Shown: positions 1 through 10,329, counted from the first letter of the stretch. The stretch: 64,000 bases of DNA from an uncultured cyanobacterium (GCA_963793265.1 CAWBZI010000006.1:96001-160000), one strand, 5' to 3'. Numbers and translations are program-made. Notes: generated from the letters alone by a model not told the origin.

Positions 1-728
1 CAAAAGTCCTTCATACGCAAAGGATTTGGAGCGGTACCGTTGTAAACACCCTGCATAGATGGATCAAGTAGCGCCTTCATGTAAAGGCTCACTAAATCAT
101 CAATGTGAATCCAGGAAAACCATTGACGACCGCTGCCGATAGGGCCACCTGCGTAGAGTTTGAACGGGGGCAGCATTTTAGCGATCGCCCCTCCATTTCC
201 CAACACAATCCCCGTCCGAATAATCACCACCCGCACCCCAAAATCCTTCGCCTTCCTAGCCGCAGCCTCCCACCCCTGACACACCTTTGAGAGAAAATCA
301 TTCTCCGCCGGTTCACTCGTCTCAAAAAACTCCGCCGTCTCACTCGTGCCATAAAATCCAATTGCTGAGCTACTCACCAGCACCGAAGGCTTCTGCTCCG
401 CATTCTTAATCGCCTCCACCAGCTTTTGCGTTCCGACCTGACGGCTATCAATAATCCGCCGTTTTCGCTCCGCCGACCATCGCTCAGAAATTGGCTCACC
501 CGCTAGGTTAGCCACACCATCACAGCCCGATATCTCATCTTGCCAATCGCCCGATTCTGTCGGCTTATACGCCACATACTCAAGCGACTTAAACTTAGGT
601 GCCGCAAAAACCTTCCGTGCCTTCTCCACGCTGCGCGTTAGCACTTTCACTTCATGGCTTTCGTCTATTAACCGAGCCACCAATTTAGACCCGACAAATC
701 CTGTTGCACCCGTAACGGCAATTTTCAT
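1..728 (-). CDS. TIGR01777-family NAD-dependent epimerase/oxidoreductase, truncated at window edge
   Basis: Not in the ORF track. Manual translation from ATG at 728 gives MKIAVTGATGFVGSKLV (Rossmann motif), NLAGEPI, SSSAIGFYG, GSGRQWFSWIHIDDLV, GVYNGTAPNP; frame stays open to position 1. Confidence 0.9.
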   Translation of the reverse strand, partial: MKIAVTGATGFVGSKLVARLIDESHEVKVLTRSVEKARKVFAAPKFKSLEYVAYKPTESGDWQDEISGCDGVANLAGEPISERWSAERKRRIIDSRQVGTQKLVEAIKNAEQKPSVLVSSSAIGFYGTSETAEFFETSEPAENDFLSKVCQGWEAAARKAKDFGVRVVIIRTGIVLGNGGAIAKMLPPFKLYAGGPIGSGRQWFSWIHIDDLVSLYMKALLDPSMQGVYNGTAPNPLRMKDF

Positions 729-840
729 AGCTGGGCAATATTCCTGTTTTATCAACTGCCTTTAATAGTAGCGAGCTGAGGAACGGCAGGGTACAGAACA
801 TAAGATAGAGTTGATAAACTAATAGCTAAGCGACTTGGAG

Positions 841-1134
841 ATGGCAGTTATGGACGGAGTAAAAACTTCTGTAGAGCAAAAGCGTAAACAGCTCATAGAA
901 GACATCCAGACATTACCAGTTGACCGTTTGCAAGAAGCAGCCGACATCATCTCTCAGTTACAGAAAGAAGTAGTAGCAGAAATTGAGCAACCTCCAGTTC
1001 AGCCTTCGTTGTCTCCCTACGAAGCGTTTAAAAAATCTGGGTTCATCGGTTGTGGCGAGGGGCCATCTGACCTTGCGGCTAATCATAAACAGTACTTAGA
1101 AGAGGGCTGGAAAGATAAGTATGGTTATCGCTGA
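841..1134 (+). CDS. Putative antitoxin (DUF2281-like) of VapBC-type pair
   Basis: Small ORF overlapping the PIN gene; C-terminal GFIGCGEGPSDLAANHKQYL resembles cyanobacterial PIN-associated antitoxins. Start could be 835, 841 or 850. Confidence 0.65.
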   Translation: MAVMDGVKTSVEQKRKQLIEDIQTLPVDRLQEAADIISQLQKEVVAEIEQPPVQPSLSPYEAFKKSGFIGCGEGPSDLAANHKQYLEEGWKDKYGYR

Positions 1135-1540
1135 TACAGGCTTTTGGGTTGCAATTGCAAATCCGAGTGACGATGATCATGATGCAGCCGTTCAGGCTAT
1201 GAAAAAGCTGACAGAGCCTCTAATCACGACTTGGCCAGTGATTACGGAAACGTGCTACTTACTCCTAACTAAGATAGGTAACCATGCGCAGGTTGGATTT
1301 ATCGATAGATTGGTAGCAAAAGACTTTCAGACGTTCAAAATTAGAGTAGAACACGCGCCACGAATCTCTGAGCTGATGAAAAAGTATGCTGACTTGCCGA
1401 TGGATCTAGCGGATGCGTCACTGATTGTATTAGCTGAGCACTTGGGTGATGGTCGAATCCTATCGGTTGACCGACGTGATTTTAATACCTATCGCTGGAA
1501 AAATCGCGAACCCTTTGAAAATTTGATGTTTCCTGAGTGA
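1121..1540 (+). CDS. vapC: PIN-domain VapC-family toxin
   Basis: IADTGFWVA, TTWPVITET, MDLADASL, ILSVDRRDF carry the PIN acidic residues; 139 aa. Confidence 0.88.
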   Translation: MVIADTGFWVAIANPSDDDHDAAVQAMKKLTEPLITTWPVITETCYLLLTKIGNHAQVGFIDRLVAKDFQTFKIRVEHAPRISELMKKYADLPMDLADASLIVLAEHLGDGRILSVDRRDFNTYRWKNREPFENLMFPE

Positions 1541-1586
1541 GGCTGGATACTATCGTCTTTCGTTAAAGGTAATAGCAATGCGCTTT

Positions 1587-4470
1587 TCATACAGGGCTGA
1601 GCTGTTGCTTAAGCGCTGCTGGTACATTTTTAGCCGTATCCAACCCCTTTACGCTATCCCAATTTGTTTCGCTAGAGAAACAAATATCTGTAAGATCAGC
1701 ATCAATTAGGCCAACCTGACTCAGGTTAGTCGGGTTGTCAAACAAAACTCCAAGACCATGGTCAAAATTGGCCTTTGCCAAATTAGCTCCGTTGAGATCA
1801 GAGTTAGAGAGATTAGCGCCGCCAAAATTCGCGTGACTGAGGTCGGCACGAGTAAGAGTAGCTTGACAAAGGTTGGCGCACTGAAGATCAGCGCCCTTCA
1901 AGTTAGAACCGTAAAGCTGAGCTTGGTCGAGATAGGCGAAAGCGAGGTGAGCGTTGCTGAGGTTAGTCTCTATCAGTACAGCTCGACTAAGGTCAGCTTC
2001 AAAAAGCTCAGCTCCACTGAGATCAATTCCGCTAAGATTAGCTCCACTAAGGTCAATACCAATGAGATAAGCGTTATGAAGGTGACGACCGACAGTTCTC
2101 GCAAAATCAGAGGCACGAATAGTTTGGCTGTAGCTGATAATTCGTAGCAACCTCCCGGTATCAGCGGGATCTTCGTCTATGTTTCCGCAGGGATGAAATC
2201 GTAAACAGTTATCGTTCGAATCTTTCTGTTGCCCGTAGAAATATGCCTCAAAGCAAAATCATTACGTTTAGCCCAGCATAGATATCCACTTGTCGTAGAC
2301 CTGTATCATTCGTAGCTTTAAGCTGCATCATCTTGCTTTGAGGCATATTTCTACCTGGCGCTTCGTCTATATAGATTCCTTCGCTCCAATTTTCATAGAA
2401 ATTGCGGAGCCGTTGAAACAGTCGTACGATATTGTCTAATTCAGTTTTAGAAAAAAGCAGCTCTTTTATATATTCGAAGATATCGTCAGTAAACGCTCCA
2501 TAGCCGAATAGATCATAGATTTGCCTAGCAACCTCGCTATCGCTTAAGCGAAGTCGCCCGCGCTTGTCCATCTCTACCCAATGCTCGAAGGCATATTTCA
2601 GCCGCTCTGCAAATAAAAACTCCCCAAAGCTTTTGTGCGCAAACTCTACTGAGCCAGCTTTATCCCCTTCTCCTGGCTTCAAATAAAACGCCGTCAGCAA
2701 ATTATTCAGTGTCTTGTCTTCCGTTTTTTTCGTCTCGGCTTGAGCCTGCTTCAATAGCTCAGCCACCGGATTAGAACTATCTATAAATCGGCTCTTAAGC
2801 ATCGTCAGCTTTGCTGTTTCATTCCCCGACTGCACTACACACAGCGCTGCCTCCTGCAACACCTGCCGTAAATCCTCTGCATCGAGGCCAGAGATACGAT
2901 CATTCAATGCCTGTCGTTGCCGCTCCAGCACCCACCGTACTGACTCGTCATACACACGCACTTTGGCCTGCATACCCTCAACGCCCGCGAACATTTCAGC
3001 ATTCAAATGCTTCTCGCGGTGCAGGCGTCCCAGCAGGTATAGCAGTAAGGGTTCTCGTGCTAACTGATTGCTAATATCTTCTGGGCAAGCAGTCAAGAAT
3101 GCTTGAAACCCATCAGTCTCCTCCTTACCAAACAGAGTGGCCCAGTTGCCTAACCACTCGTCTCGCTGAGTATCCGTTATCGGCTCTAATCTCACCCTCA
3201 CCAAATTATTAGTTTGAGTCAGCATCCGATCCACGCCTTGCAACGCTAGGGGTCGCCCAGTCACCAAACACTGATGATGACTATCTTTTTGAAAGGCGCA
3301 AAGTTGCTGTATTAGCTCTACCAGCCCACCACTTTCGCGGCCTTGCAATAGCAGCTCGTCAAAGCCATCGAAGATTAAGAGGAACCGCGTGTTTTCGTCA
3401 GTCAACCATCCGCTGTCGCTTTGAACAAAATCTAGCGTCTCTAGATGATTATTTAAGGTCTTTGTCAGGTTGTTCTCCAAGACCTTGACTTCGCGTAGCC
3501 GGATAATAATTGGGATGAACGCTGGATATAGCTCTAGTCGAACGGATGCCGCCAGCATTCGGCAAAATACAGATTTTCCGCGACCAGCATCACCTTCTAA
3601 AAATCCGACCTGGCGAGGTTTAGATTCCTCTAGTAGTTTCATCGCCCACTCATTGATGCCGATTGGCTCGTCATCCATTTCCTTACCCGTAACATCTAAG
3701 GGCTGCGCCGTCAATGGCACATAGAGGTCATTAAAGGTCACCAGCGGATCGGCTTCATCAAATACCTGTTCGTAGGGAAGCGGTTCAATATTCTTTGCTA
3801 AATAGCCTTCGATGCTGCTAAATTTTTCCTGCAAGAGTAGTCCGTTAGATCTCAAAAACTTATCTAATGGATCGCCGTCGTGGTTGAGTTCTGCAACTGC
3901 ACCGTGAAAATATCTTGCAGTGCCCCAAGCCACTTTATCTACCAGTACTTTTACTTGCCAAGCGGGTAGTTCAGCCGAAGATAAAACTTCACTTAGGGCT
4001 TCGTCAGAGGCTTCGATTAGCTCAGAGTTTCTTAGGTGAGTGAGGGTTTGTTGCGATCGCGCCTTACTTAACTCAACCGTCTCACTCTTTGCCAACTGCA
4101 GCTTCAGCACCTTTGCAAGATTCACCTCTGCCAATACGGATTTTGTCTTATCATCAGCGTGATCTAGCACACCACCCAAACTTTCTAGATAAGCCATTTG
4201 TACTGCGATCACAACCGAATCAGATAAAGTCGGCTCTACCTTCGTCACGTCCCTATAAATTCGCAGCAGATCGATTCCTATCGCAGCAAACGGCAGCGTG
4301 GAGGTCGCCAGCTTAGTCACAGGTGTATCAAGTAATTTGAAAAATGAATCTACACGGTCTAAATCCTTCAGCGTTTCCAGCTTTGGAGCGGACTCCCGCC
4401 AAGCTTTACCCAAGCCAGCCGTCGCATTCACCGCACTAATCGACTTCTCTGCCAGCTTTCCCCAGGGCAA
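1587..4470 (-). pseudogene. NACHT-type NTPase with C-terminal pentapeptide repeats, split by a frameshift near 2250 (ORFs 2248-4470 and 1587-2150)
   Basis: Walker A GDAGRGKS, Walker B LLIFDGFDE, VTGR, PLLL, EFAHKSFGEFL. Removing one T after NVMILL gives an open frame (EAYFYGQQ...FHPCGN...RLLRIISYS) into A(N/D)Lxx pentapeptide repeats. May be a sequencing error rather than a true pseudogene. Confidence 0.8.
2235..2354. repeat. Perfect 22-bp inverted repeat (2235-2256 / 2333-2354)
   Basis: GTAGAAATATGCCTCAAAGCAA and TTGCTTTGAGGCATATTTCTAC, 76-bp spacer. Confidence 0.95.
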
Positions 4471-4657
4471 TTTAGCCGCATCCTTCAGCCACTCACCGAA
4501 ACCCGCTCAAACTCTGCATCGCGCCGCTATCCTTTGCCATTCTCTAGCTAAGGTAGCGCAGAAACGTAAGCCACCATTCAGCAACTGAGTAGAATATAGG
4601 TAGCACTCAGAATATCTTTTTCAAGAGTTGACATCTTAACTATCGTCAAACAATCCT

Positions 4658-4981
4658 ATGCAGTTAGAAGACTACTTCAACTTTTTAGAGCCATACGACA
4701 TTCGCTTACAAGGTAGCCGTATTGGCATCGAAACTGTCTTATATGACTACATATTTAGAGCAATGACGGCTGAAGAGATTGCTCAGAAGTGGACAACGCT
4801 AAGCTTAGAGCAAATCTACGCCACTATTCTTTACTACCTGCACAACAAGGAAGCCGTTGATCGGTACATCGCGGACTGGATTGAATATGGCAATCAGATG
4901 CGCAAAGAGCAAGCAGAAAATCCTTCACCCTTTACGCTTAGAATGCGAGCCTTGAAGAAAGAGCGGGCAACAGCTCAATAA
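4658..4981 (+). CDS. DUF433-family antitoxin
   Basis: IRLQGSRIGIETVL...TAEEIAQKWTTLSLEQIYATILYY; TAATG stop/start overlap with the next gene. Confidence 0.85.
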   Translation: MQLEDYFNFLEPYDIRLQGSRIGIETVLYDYIFRAMTAEEIAQKWTTLSLEQIYATILYYLHNKEAVDRYIADWIEYGNQMRKEQAENPSPFTLRMRALKKERATAQ

Positions 4982-5343
4982 TGCTCAAGTACTTGATCGA
5001 CGAAAATTTATCTCCGCTATACGCCCAGCAGCTTAGGCGAAAAAGGCCCGATTTAGTTGTCCGAGCAGTTGGAGAACCAGGCGTTCCTAGTACAGGAACG
5101 CTCGACCCAGACATACTGAGCTGGTGTGAGCAAAATCATTTTGTACTATTTACTAACAACAGGAGATCCATGCCTGTGCACTTGCGGGATCATCTCGCAG
5201 AAGGCCGTCACATACCTGGAATTTTGACGTTAAACGCGAAAATGAGTATTGGTGAAACGGTTGATGAGCTAATTGCAGTGGCTGAAGCGGCGTTTGATGA
5301 TGAATTTCAAGATCGAATTGATTATCTGCCTGTCAGTCAATAA
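4981..5343 (+). CDS. DUF5615 PIN-like (VapC45-type) toxin
   Basis: YLIDENL, DPDILSWC, VLFTNNR, HIPGIL; coupled to the DUF433 gene. Confidence 0.85.
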   Translation: MLKYLIDENLSPLYAQQLRRKRPDLVVRAVGEPGVPSTGTLDPDILSWCEQNHFVLFTNNRRSMPVHLRDHLAEGRHIPGILTLNAKMSIGETVDELIAVAEAAFDDEFQDRIDYLPVSQ

Positions 5344-5347
5344 TCGC

Positions 5348-6175
5348 TTAACCTTTCACACCACTACCCGTTTCTGAAGGCACGATGTAGCGCTGAGCCA
5401 GTACGAAAAACAGAATTACCGGCACAATCGAAATTACCGAACCTGCGGCAATCAATCGCCAGTCGAGAGAGAAGCTACCGGCTAGTTTGGCGACGCCTAG
5501 AGGCAAAGTGTAGTATTCAGGTCGATCCAGAATTAGTAGAGGCCATAGGAAGTCGCTCCATGAGCCTATGAAGACAAAGATGGCAAGGGTGACTAAGGCT
5601 GGGCGTACGGATGGAATCATGATGTGCCACCAGATGCCTAGCTCGGTGCAACCATCGATGCGGGCGGCTTCTTCAAGTTCTTTGGGGACTGATTGGAAGG
5701 CTTGGCGCATGAGGAAAATGCCAAAGGCTGAGGCCACTGCTGGGAAGATTGCGCCGATGTATGAGTTGGTGAGGCCGAGCTGCACGGTGAGGATGTACAG
5801 CGGAATCATCACGATTTGGAAGGGGATGAGGATGGTGGAGACAATAAGGGAGAAGAGGAGTTCTCGGCCTTTAAAGTTGAGGCGAGCTAGGGGATAGGCG
5901 GCTAAAGAGCAGAGGGTTAGGTTGAGGATGACGGTGACAACAGCGATTAGGGTGCTGTTGAAGAAGTAGCGGCCAAAGGGGTTGGACTGCCATACCTTGA
6001 GGAAGTTGCCGAAGGTTGGGGCTTGGGGTAGAAACTGCGGTGGGAATTGGAAGAGATTTTCGGCAGAGCCTTTGAAGGCGGTGCTGATAAGCCAGAGCAA
6101 AGGGAGGAGCATGACCAGAGCGATCGCACCCAGCACCCCATACATCAAAATTGTCCGCCCCCATCCCCGCTTCAT
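5348..6175 (-). CDS. Carbohydrate ABC transporter permease (LacG/MalG-like)
   Basis: Several TM segments, EAA loop ELEEAARIDG, WSDFLWPL. Confidence 0.93.
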   Translation of the reverse strand: MKRGWGRTILMYGVLGAIALVMLLPLLWLISTAFKGSAENLFQFPPQFLPQAPTFGNFLKVWQSNPFGRYFFNSTLIAVVTVILNLTLCSLAAYPLARLNFKGRELLFSLIVSTILIPFQIVMIPLYILTVQLGLTNSYIGAIFPAVASAFGIFLMRQAFQSVPKELEEAARIDGCTELGIWWHIMIPSVRPALVTLAIFVFIGSWSDFLWPLLILDRPEYYTLPLGVAKLAGSFSLDWRLIAAGSVISIVPVILFFVLAQRYIVPSETGSGVKG

Positions 6176-6188
6176 CTACCCAACACCA

Positions 6189-7082
6189 CTATCCAAAATC
6201 CCTATCCTGCATCAGCCAAAGCCCAGCAAAAGACTCCGACTCAGGGCTATCTTGCACCGCTAAAAAGTGCACACCATTCGCTGCGGCCTTCGCCTTTTCA
6301 AACTGCTCACCTTCCGCCTGCGTTGCAGGCCCAACCAAGTCCGCCAGCAGCCAAGTTTCAATCGTGCCGGTATCCATCAGCATCCGAGCCGTGTCCGTAT
6401 TGCCAGAGACATAGTTTGTCGTCTCTTCACGACCTGCGCGTACATTGGCCACCTCTAACCCAGACATCCAAGCGGCCAAAGGCACCGCTCGGTTTGAGTA
6501 GATAATAAACCCAGGAATTGGCGTATCGTCTGCCACACCTACCACCGCAGGCGCAAAAGACTCACCAAATCCAACATCCCACTCACCTATGTCAGCAAAA
6601 TCTTTAGCAGGCAAACTTACCAGCGCCCACTTATTTCCCTTAAGCGCGTCAGGCAGCGGATTTACTAGCTCCAAAGGCTTAGCGACCGAAGGTGAAATAC
6701 TCTCCTGATAGCCAGGCTCGTTAGGATACACATTCTTTTTGCGCTCCTCTAGCCACTGTTGAAGCGCCAGCGTACGCCGACTCGGATAGGGCAGCAAACC
6801 CGTCTCCTCGCATGCTCGCTTGATCATGTTTTGCATTTGATAGCGAAAGTAGCGCACCCGCGTTGGCGGCTCGTTAGTCTGCGCCAGCGCTTCCTCCATT
6901 GCCATCTTGAGCTGATCGGAATTCACTTCGCTATTGGAGACGTATTTGCTGTAGCGAAACAGCTTAGCGGGATCGTCATCTACCGACTGTAAGCCCTCGC
7001 AAATCAGTATTTCCCAGCGTTTTTTCTTACGCTCGTCCAAGATCGGTCTAGAGTAAAAATCTAGCTCCCAAACAGTGCCCAT
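6189..7082 (-). CDS. Tab2/Atab2-family RNA-binding protein (DUF1092)
   Basis: N-terminal WELDFYSRPILDERKKKRWEILIC; C-terminal [21 protein letters not shown]. Confidence 0.9.
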   Translation of the reverse strand: MGTVWELDFYSRPILDERKKKRWEILICEGLQSVDDDPAKLFRYSKYVSNSEVNSDQLKMAMEEALAQTNEPPTRVRYFRYQMQNMIKRACEETGLLPYPSRRTLALQQWLEERKKNVYPNEPGYQESISPSVAKPLELVNPLPDALKGNKWALVSLPAKDFADIGEWDVGFGESFAPAVVGVADDTPIPGFIIYSNRAVPLAAWMSGLEVANVRAGREETTNYVSGNTDTARMLMDTGTIETWLLADLVGPATQAEGEQFEKAKAAANGVHFLAVQDSPESESFAGLWLMQDRDFG

Positions 7083-7086
7083 AGTT

Positions 7087-7968
7087 TTAGTTGTTGTCGC
7101 CTTCAGACAGCGTTTTCGCAGCGTTTTTAGCGCGCTCTTCAGCCTCGGCCATCATCGTTTGCATATCTTTTAATATCTCACCAGGGTACTTCTCAAGCAC
7201 CTGTGTAGACAGTGCAATCCGGCCCTTTTCCTCATCAATGTTAAGCACAACGGCCTTAATTGGATCGCCAACCTTGAAGACATCGCCCAGAGCAGAGATG
7301 TAGCTTTTGCTAATTTGCTTAATGTGTAGCAAACCAGAAGCGCCGCCAAAGTCTATAAACGCGCCAAACGGCTTGAGCGAAGCAACTGTGCCCTCAACTA
7401 ACTCGCCTTTGGTTAGATGGCTCATTGCTGAAGCCCGCGCTGCTACTCGTTCAGAGAGCAGCAGCTTATTATTCTCCTCGTCTACTTCTAGAAAGGCCAC
7501 GTTGATAGGCTGACCCATCAGCGTATCGAGATCTTCAACTCGCTTAGCCAGGTGGGAGCGGGGAATAAACGCCCGCAGTCCACTTACATCTGCGGTGACG
7601 CCGCCTTTATTGCTGCCAGAGATAGTCACTTCTATCACGTCACCATTTTCCTGACGCTCTTTGAGCTTTTCCCATAGGGCTTTAATTTCCATGGCGCGAA
7701 TGGAAATGATCATTTGGCCATCGGCATCTTGACCGCGTGTGATTATAAACTTGCGCTCGGTGCCAATGGGCAGCACTTCTTCGAGCGGGCCTTCTGATTC
7801 TATAGAGAGTTCTTTGGTCGGCAAAAAGGCTGCCGATTTGCCGCCAATATCAACATAGGCCCCATCTGATTCATGGGTTTCGACTTTACCAGTGACGACG
7901 CTACCGCGCTCAAACTGATAATCTTGCTGCTCTAGGGCTTTCGCGAAATCTTCGGCTGAAAATGTCAA
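7087..7968 (-). CDS. rps1b: Ribosomal protein S1 homolog B (three S1 domains)
   Basis: GAYVDIGGKSAAFLP, GLRAFIPRSHL, FGAFIDFGGASGLLHIKQIS; TTG start. Confidence 0.88.
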   Translation of the reverse strand: MTFSAEDFAKALEQQDYQFERGSVVTGKVETHESDGAYVDIGGKSAAFLPTKELSIESEGPLEEVLPIGTERKFIITRGQDADGQMIISIRAMEIKALWEKLKERQENGDVIEVTISGSNKGGVTADVSGLRAFIPRSHLAKRVEDLDTLMGQPINVAFLEVDEENNKLLLSERVAARASAMSHLTKGELVEGTVASLKPFGAFIDFGGASGLLHIKQISKSYISALGDVFKVGDPIKAVVLNIDEEKGRIALSTQVLEKYPGEILKDMQTMMAEAEERAKNAAKTLSEGDNN

Positions 7969-8239
7969 CGGAGAAGTCTCCTTTCAAGTTGATATATAGA
8001 CTCTTCAATATATCGGGTTATTGGTGATTTTCGCTTGAGCGACGTAAAACGCTATATCTGCTACGCAAACGTCACTGAGTTATCGTCAAGTTTTATTGAG
8101 CGGACTCTTAAAAAATAAAATCATCTACCACGAACGGCTAATTCCCGACTAATCTCTAGGTAGAGATAGTCTATATAATTCAACGTGCGATCGCATTTTT
8201 CGTCACGTTGCCGATCCGCCGAATAAGGGGCACGCAACC

Positions 8240-9223
8240 GTGGTTCAATTCCATATCCAAACCGACAGCGAAATACCGGCATCCACGCAGCTTTACGACC
8301 AAATTTGGTTTGCGATCGCCTCTCGCCAATATCCACCCGGATACCGTCTGCCCAGTACCCGCCAGCTTGCCATGCAAACCGGGCTACACCGCAACACTAT
8401 CAGCAAGGTATACCGCCAGCTAGAAGATGCGGGCGTAGTCGAGGCCATGCCAGGCTCGGGCATTTACGTACGCGCAGAGGGCACCACAGATATTGTGAAA
8501 CCGGGCTCGCCGCTGCTGGATAAGTTTCCGAAGGCCCAAGAGCTAGTAGAGAATAGCTTAGACGAACTGCTCAGGCAGGGATGTTCGCTGCATCAGGCCC
8601 GTGAACTGTTTATGACTGAAGTTGACTGGCGGCTGCGCTGTAGCGCTCGGGTGCTAGTGACGATTCAGCGCGAAGATGGGGCGGGCGAGCTGATGGTGCG
8701 TGAGCTAGAGCAGGCGCTGAAGATTCCGGTGCAGCTTGTGCCTTTAGAAGAATTAGATCAGGTGTTGGCGCAAACCCGGTCGGGTACGGTGGTGACGAGT
8801 CGGTATTACGTGAATGAGGCAGAGGCGATCGCGGCTCCAAAATCCGTCCGCGTCATCCCTATCGACATCTACGACTACGCCAAAGAGCGCGAGCTGCTTA
8901 AGAACCTTCCTAAAGACACCTGCCTTGGTCTAGTCAGCCTCAGCAGCGGTATCATCCGCATTGCCGAGGTTCTTTCCTACAGCCTACGCGGCGATGACAT
9001 CTTAGTGATGACTGCTCAGACTGAGGATTCACAAAAGCTATCAGCCGTTGTCCGTAGCGCTCAAACGATTGTGGCGCTAGATACAGCAAGCTATCCAGCA
9101 ATCAAAGAAGCTTTACTTGCCGCCCGCAATGACATCATTCGGCCACCCGAAATCATTCGCTGCGAAAACTACATTGGTGAGAAGTCAATTGGTAGGCTCA
9201 AGCGAGAGTTAGGACTAGATTAA
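8240..9223 (+). CDS. plmA: GntR-family transcriptional regulator, cyanobacterial PlmA type
   Basis: RLPSTRQLAMQTGLHRNTISKVYRQLE HTH, DWRLRCSARVLV, C-terminal LKRELGL. Confidence 0.85.
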   Translation: MVQFHIQTDSEIPASTQLYDQIWFAIASRQYPPGYRLPSTRQLAMQTGLHRNTISKVYRQLEDAGVVEAMPGSGIYVRAEGTTDIVKPGSPLLDKFPKAQELVENSLDELLRQGCSLHQARELFMTEVDWRLRCSARVLVTIQREDGAGELMVRELEQALKIPVQLVPLEELDQVLAQTRSGTVVTSRYYVNEAEAIAAPKSVRVIPIDIYDYAKERELLKNLPKDTCLGLVSLSSGIIRIAEVLSYSLRGDDILVMTAQTEDSQKLSAVVRSAQTIVALDTASYPAIKEALLAARNDIIRPPEIIRCENYIGEKSIGRLKRELGLD

Positions 9224-9247
9224 ACAGACGTAGCTATGAGAAGACAA

Positions 9248-9290
9248 AAGCACCAGGAAGGTAATTGCCCTCTTGGTGCTTCTGCTCTTT
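9248..9290 (+). terminator. Probable intrinsic terminator after plmA
   Basis: Stem AAGCACCAGG...CTTGGTGCTT followed by a T-rich tail. Confidence 0.5.
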
Positions 9291-9387
9291 TAAGGACGAA
9301 ATGATATCACATGTAGTATCGTTTCTGTGTAAGTGAGAAGTATGAGAGTGTAAAAAGTCGTTTGCGTTCTCAAGTTGAAAGAATAGT

Positions 9388-9861
9388 ATGGACAGCAGTG
9401 AGAATAACAAACCATTAGAGTTTTATCTGAGCCTTGACTATCCAATCACGCTTTATCCAGAGGAGGCGGGCGGATTCACTGTCGAGATCAAAGATCTGCC
9501 AGGTTGCCTTAGTCAGGGTGAAACCGTTGAAGAAGCTTACGAAATGATTGCAGAAGCTCGTGAGCTATGGATAGAGTCGTGCTACGAGGACGAGGTTCCC
9601 ATTCCGCTACCTCACACAATGGCGACTTACAGCGGTAAAACAATGTTGAGAATGCCAACGTATTTGCATGAGCGGCTGGCTAGAAGTGCTAAGCGTGAAG
9701 GGGTTAGCCTGAACCAATACCTTGTATCTGTACTGAGTGAGCAAGATGCTTTGCGAGGCGTTAAAGACGAGCTGGCTAGCATTCGTGAATACGTGGAGAA
9801 AAAAGAGCCGGTACCGGCAGTGGAAGCTTCAGCCTATTTGGTGAGCGAGCCTGCAAAGTAG
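9388..9861 (+). CDS. hicB: HicB-family antitoxin (HicB N-domain plus RHH-like domain)
   Basis: FTVEIKDLPGCLSQGETVEEA; YSGKTMLRMPTYLHERLARSAKREGVSLNQY. Confidence 0.85.
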   Translation: MDSSENNKPLEFYLSLDYPITLYPEEAGGFTVEIKDLPGCLSQGETVEEAYEMIAEARELWIESCYEDEVPIPLPHTMATYSGKTMLRMPTYLHERLARSAKREGVSLNQYLVSVLSEQDALRGVKDELASIREYVEKKEPVPAVEASAYLVSEPAK

Positions 9862-9999
9862 CAGCGGTAAAGTCATAGATTGCGGTTATAGCTGGCTAAA
9901 GAATTGTGTATTGTCGCACATTAGAGAGGGGTCATGCTGCATTGTATTAAACACTGTTTAGACGAGCTTATTGAAAACCTTAAGCCCAGCCATTCCGCT

Positions 10000-10329
10000 A
10001 TGAGCAACACACAGACAGCCGAGAGCAAGCCTTCAACTGAGGGGGAGTACAACGGAGAGATACAAATTAAAGTCTCTAAAACTTTGCACCAAAAGCTGGC
10101 GAATGCTGCCGAGCGTGAGGGTGTTGACTTAAGTCAGTATTTGGCGACGTTGCTGAGCGAGCAAAATGCTTTTTCCTCAATGGGTCAGGCCGTTAGCGAC
10201 GTTCAGCAAAAGCTAAATGAGCTGAATAGACAGTTGCGCCTGACTGAATCTTCGGCTAATAATCGCCGGGAGCGCGTTACTTACGACAATCGATATATCG
10301 AAGATCCAGATTCAGGATTGAATGACTAA
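10000..10329 (+). CDS. Stand-alone HicB-like RHH DNA-binding protein with coiled-coil tail
   Basis: YNGEIQIKVSKTLHQKLANAAEREGVDLSQYLATLLSEQ parallels the C-terminal half of the upstream HicB. Start may be 9934. Confidence 0.7.
   Translation: MSNTQTAESKPSTEGEYNGEIQIKVSKTLHQKLANAAEREGVDLSQYLATLLSEQNAFSSMGQAVSDVQQKLNELNRQLRLTESSANNRRERVTYDNRYIEDPDSGLND

Noticed and set aside
1758..2147. 129-aa plus-strand ORF with periodic sequence
   Set aside because: Antisense shadow of the pentapeptide repeat.
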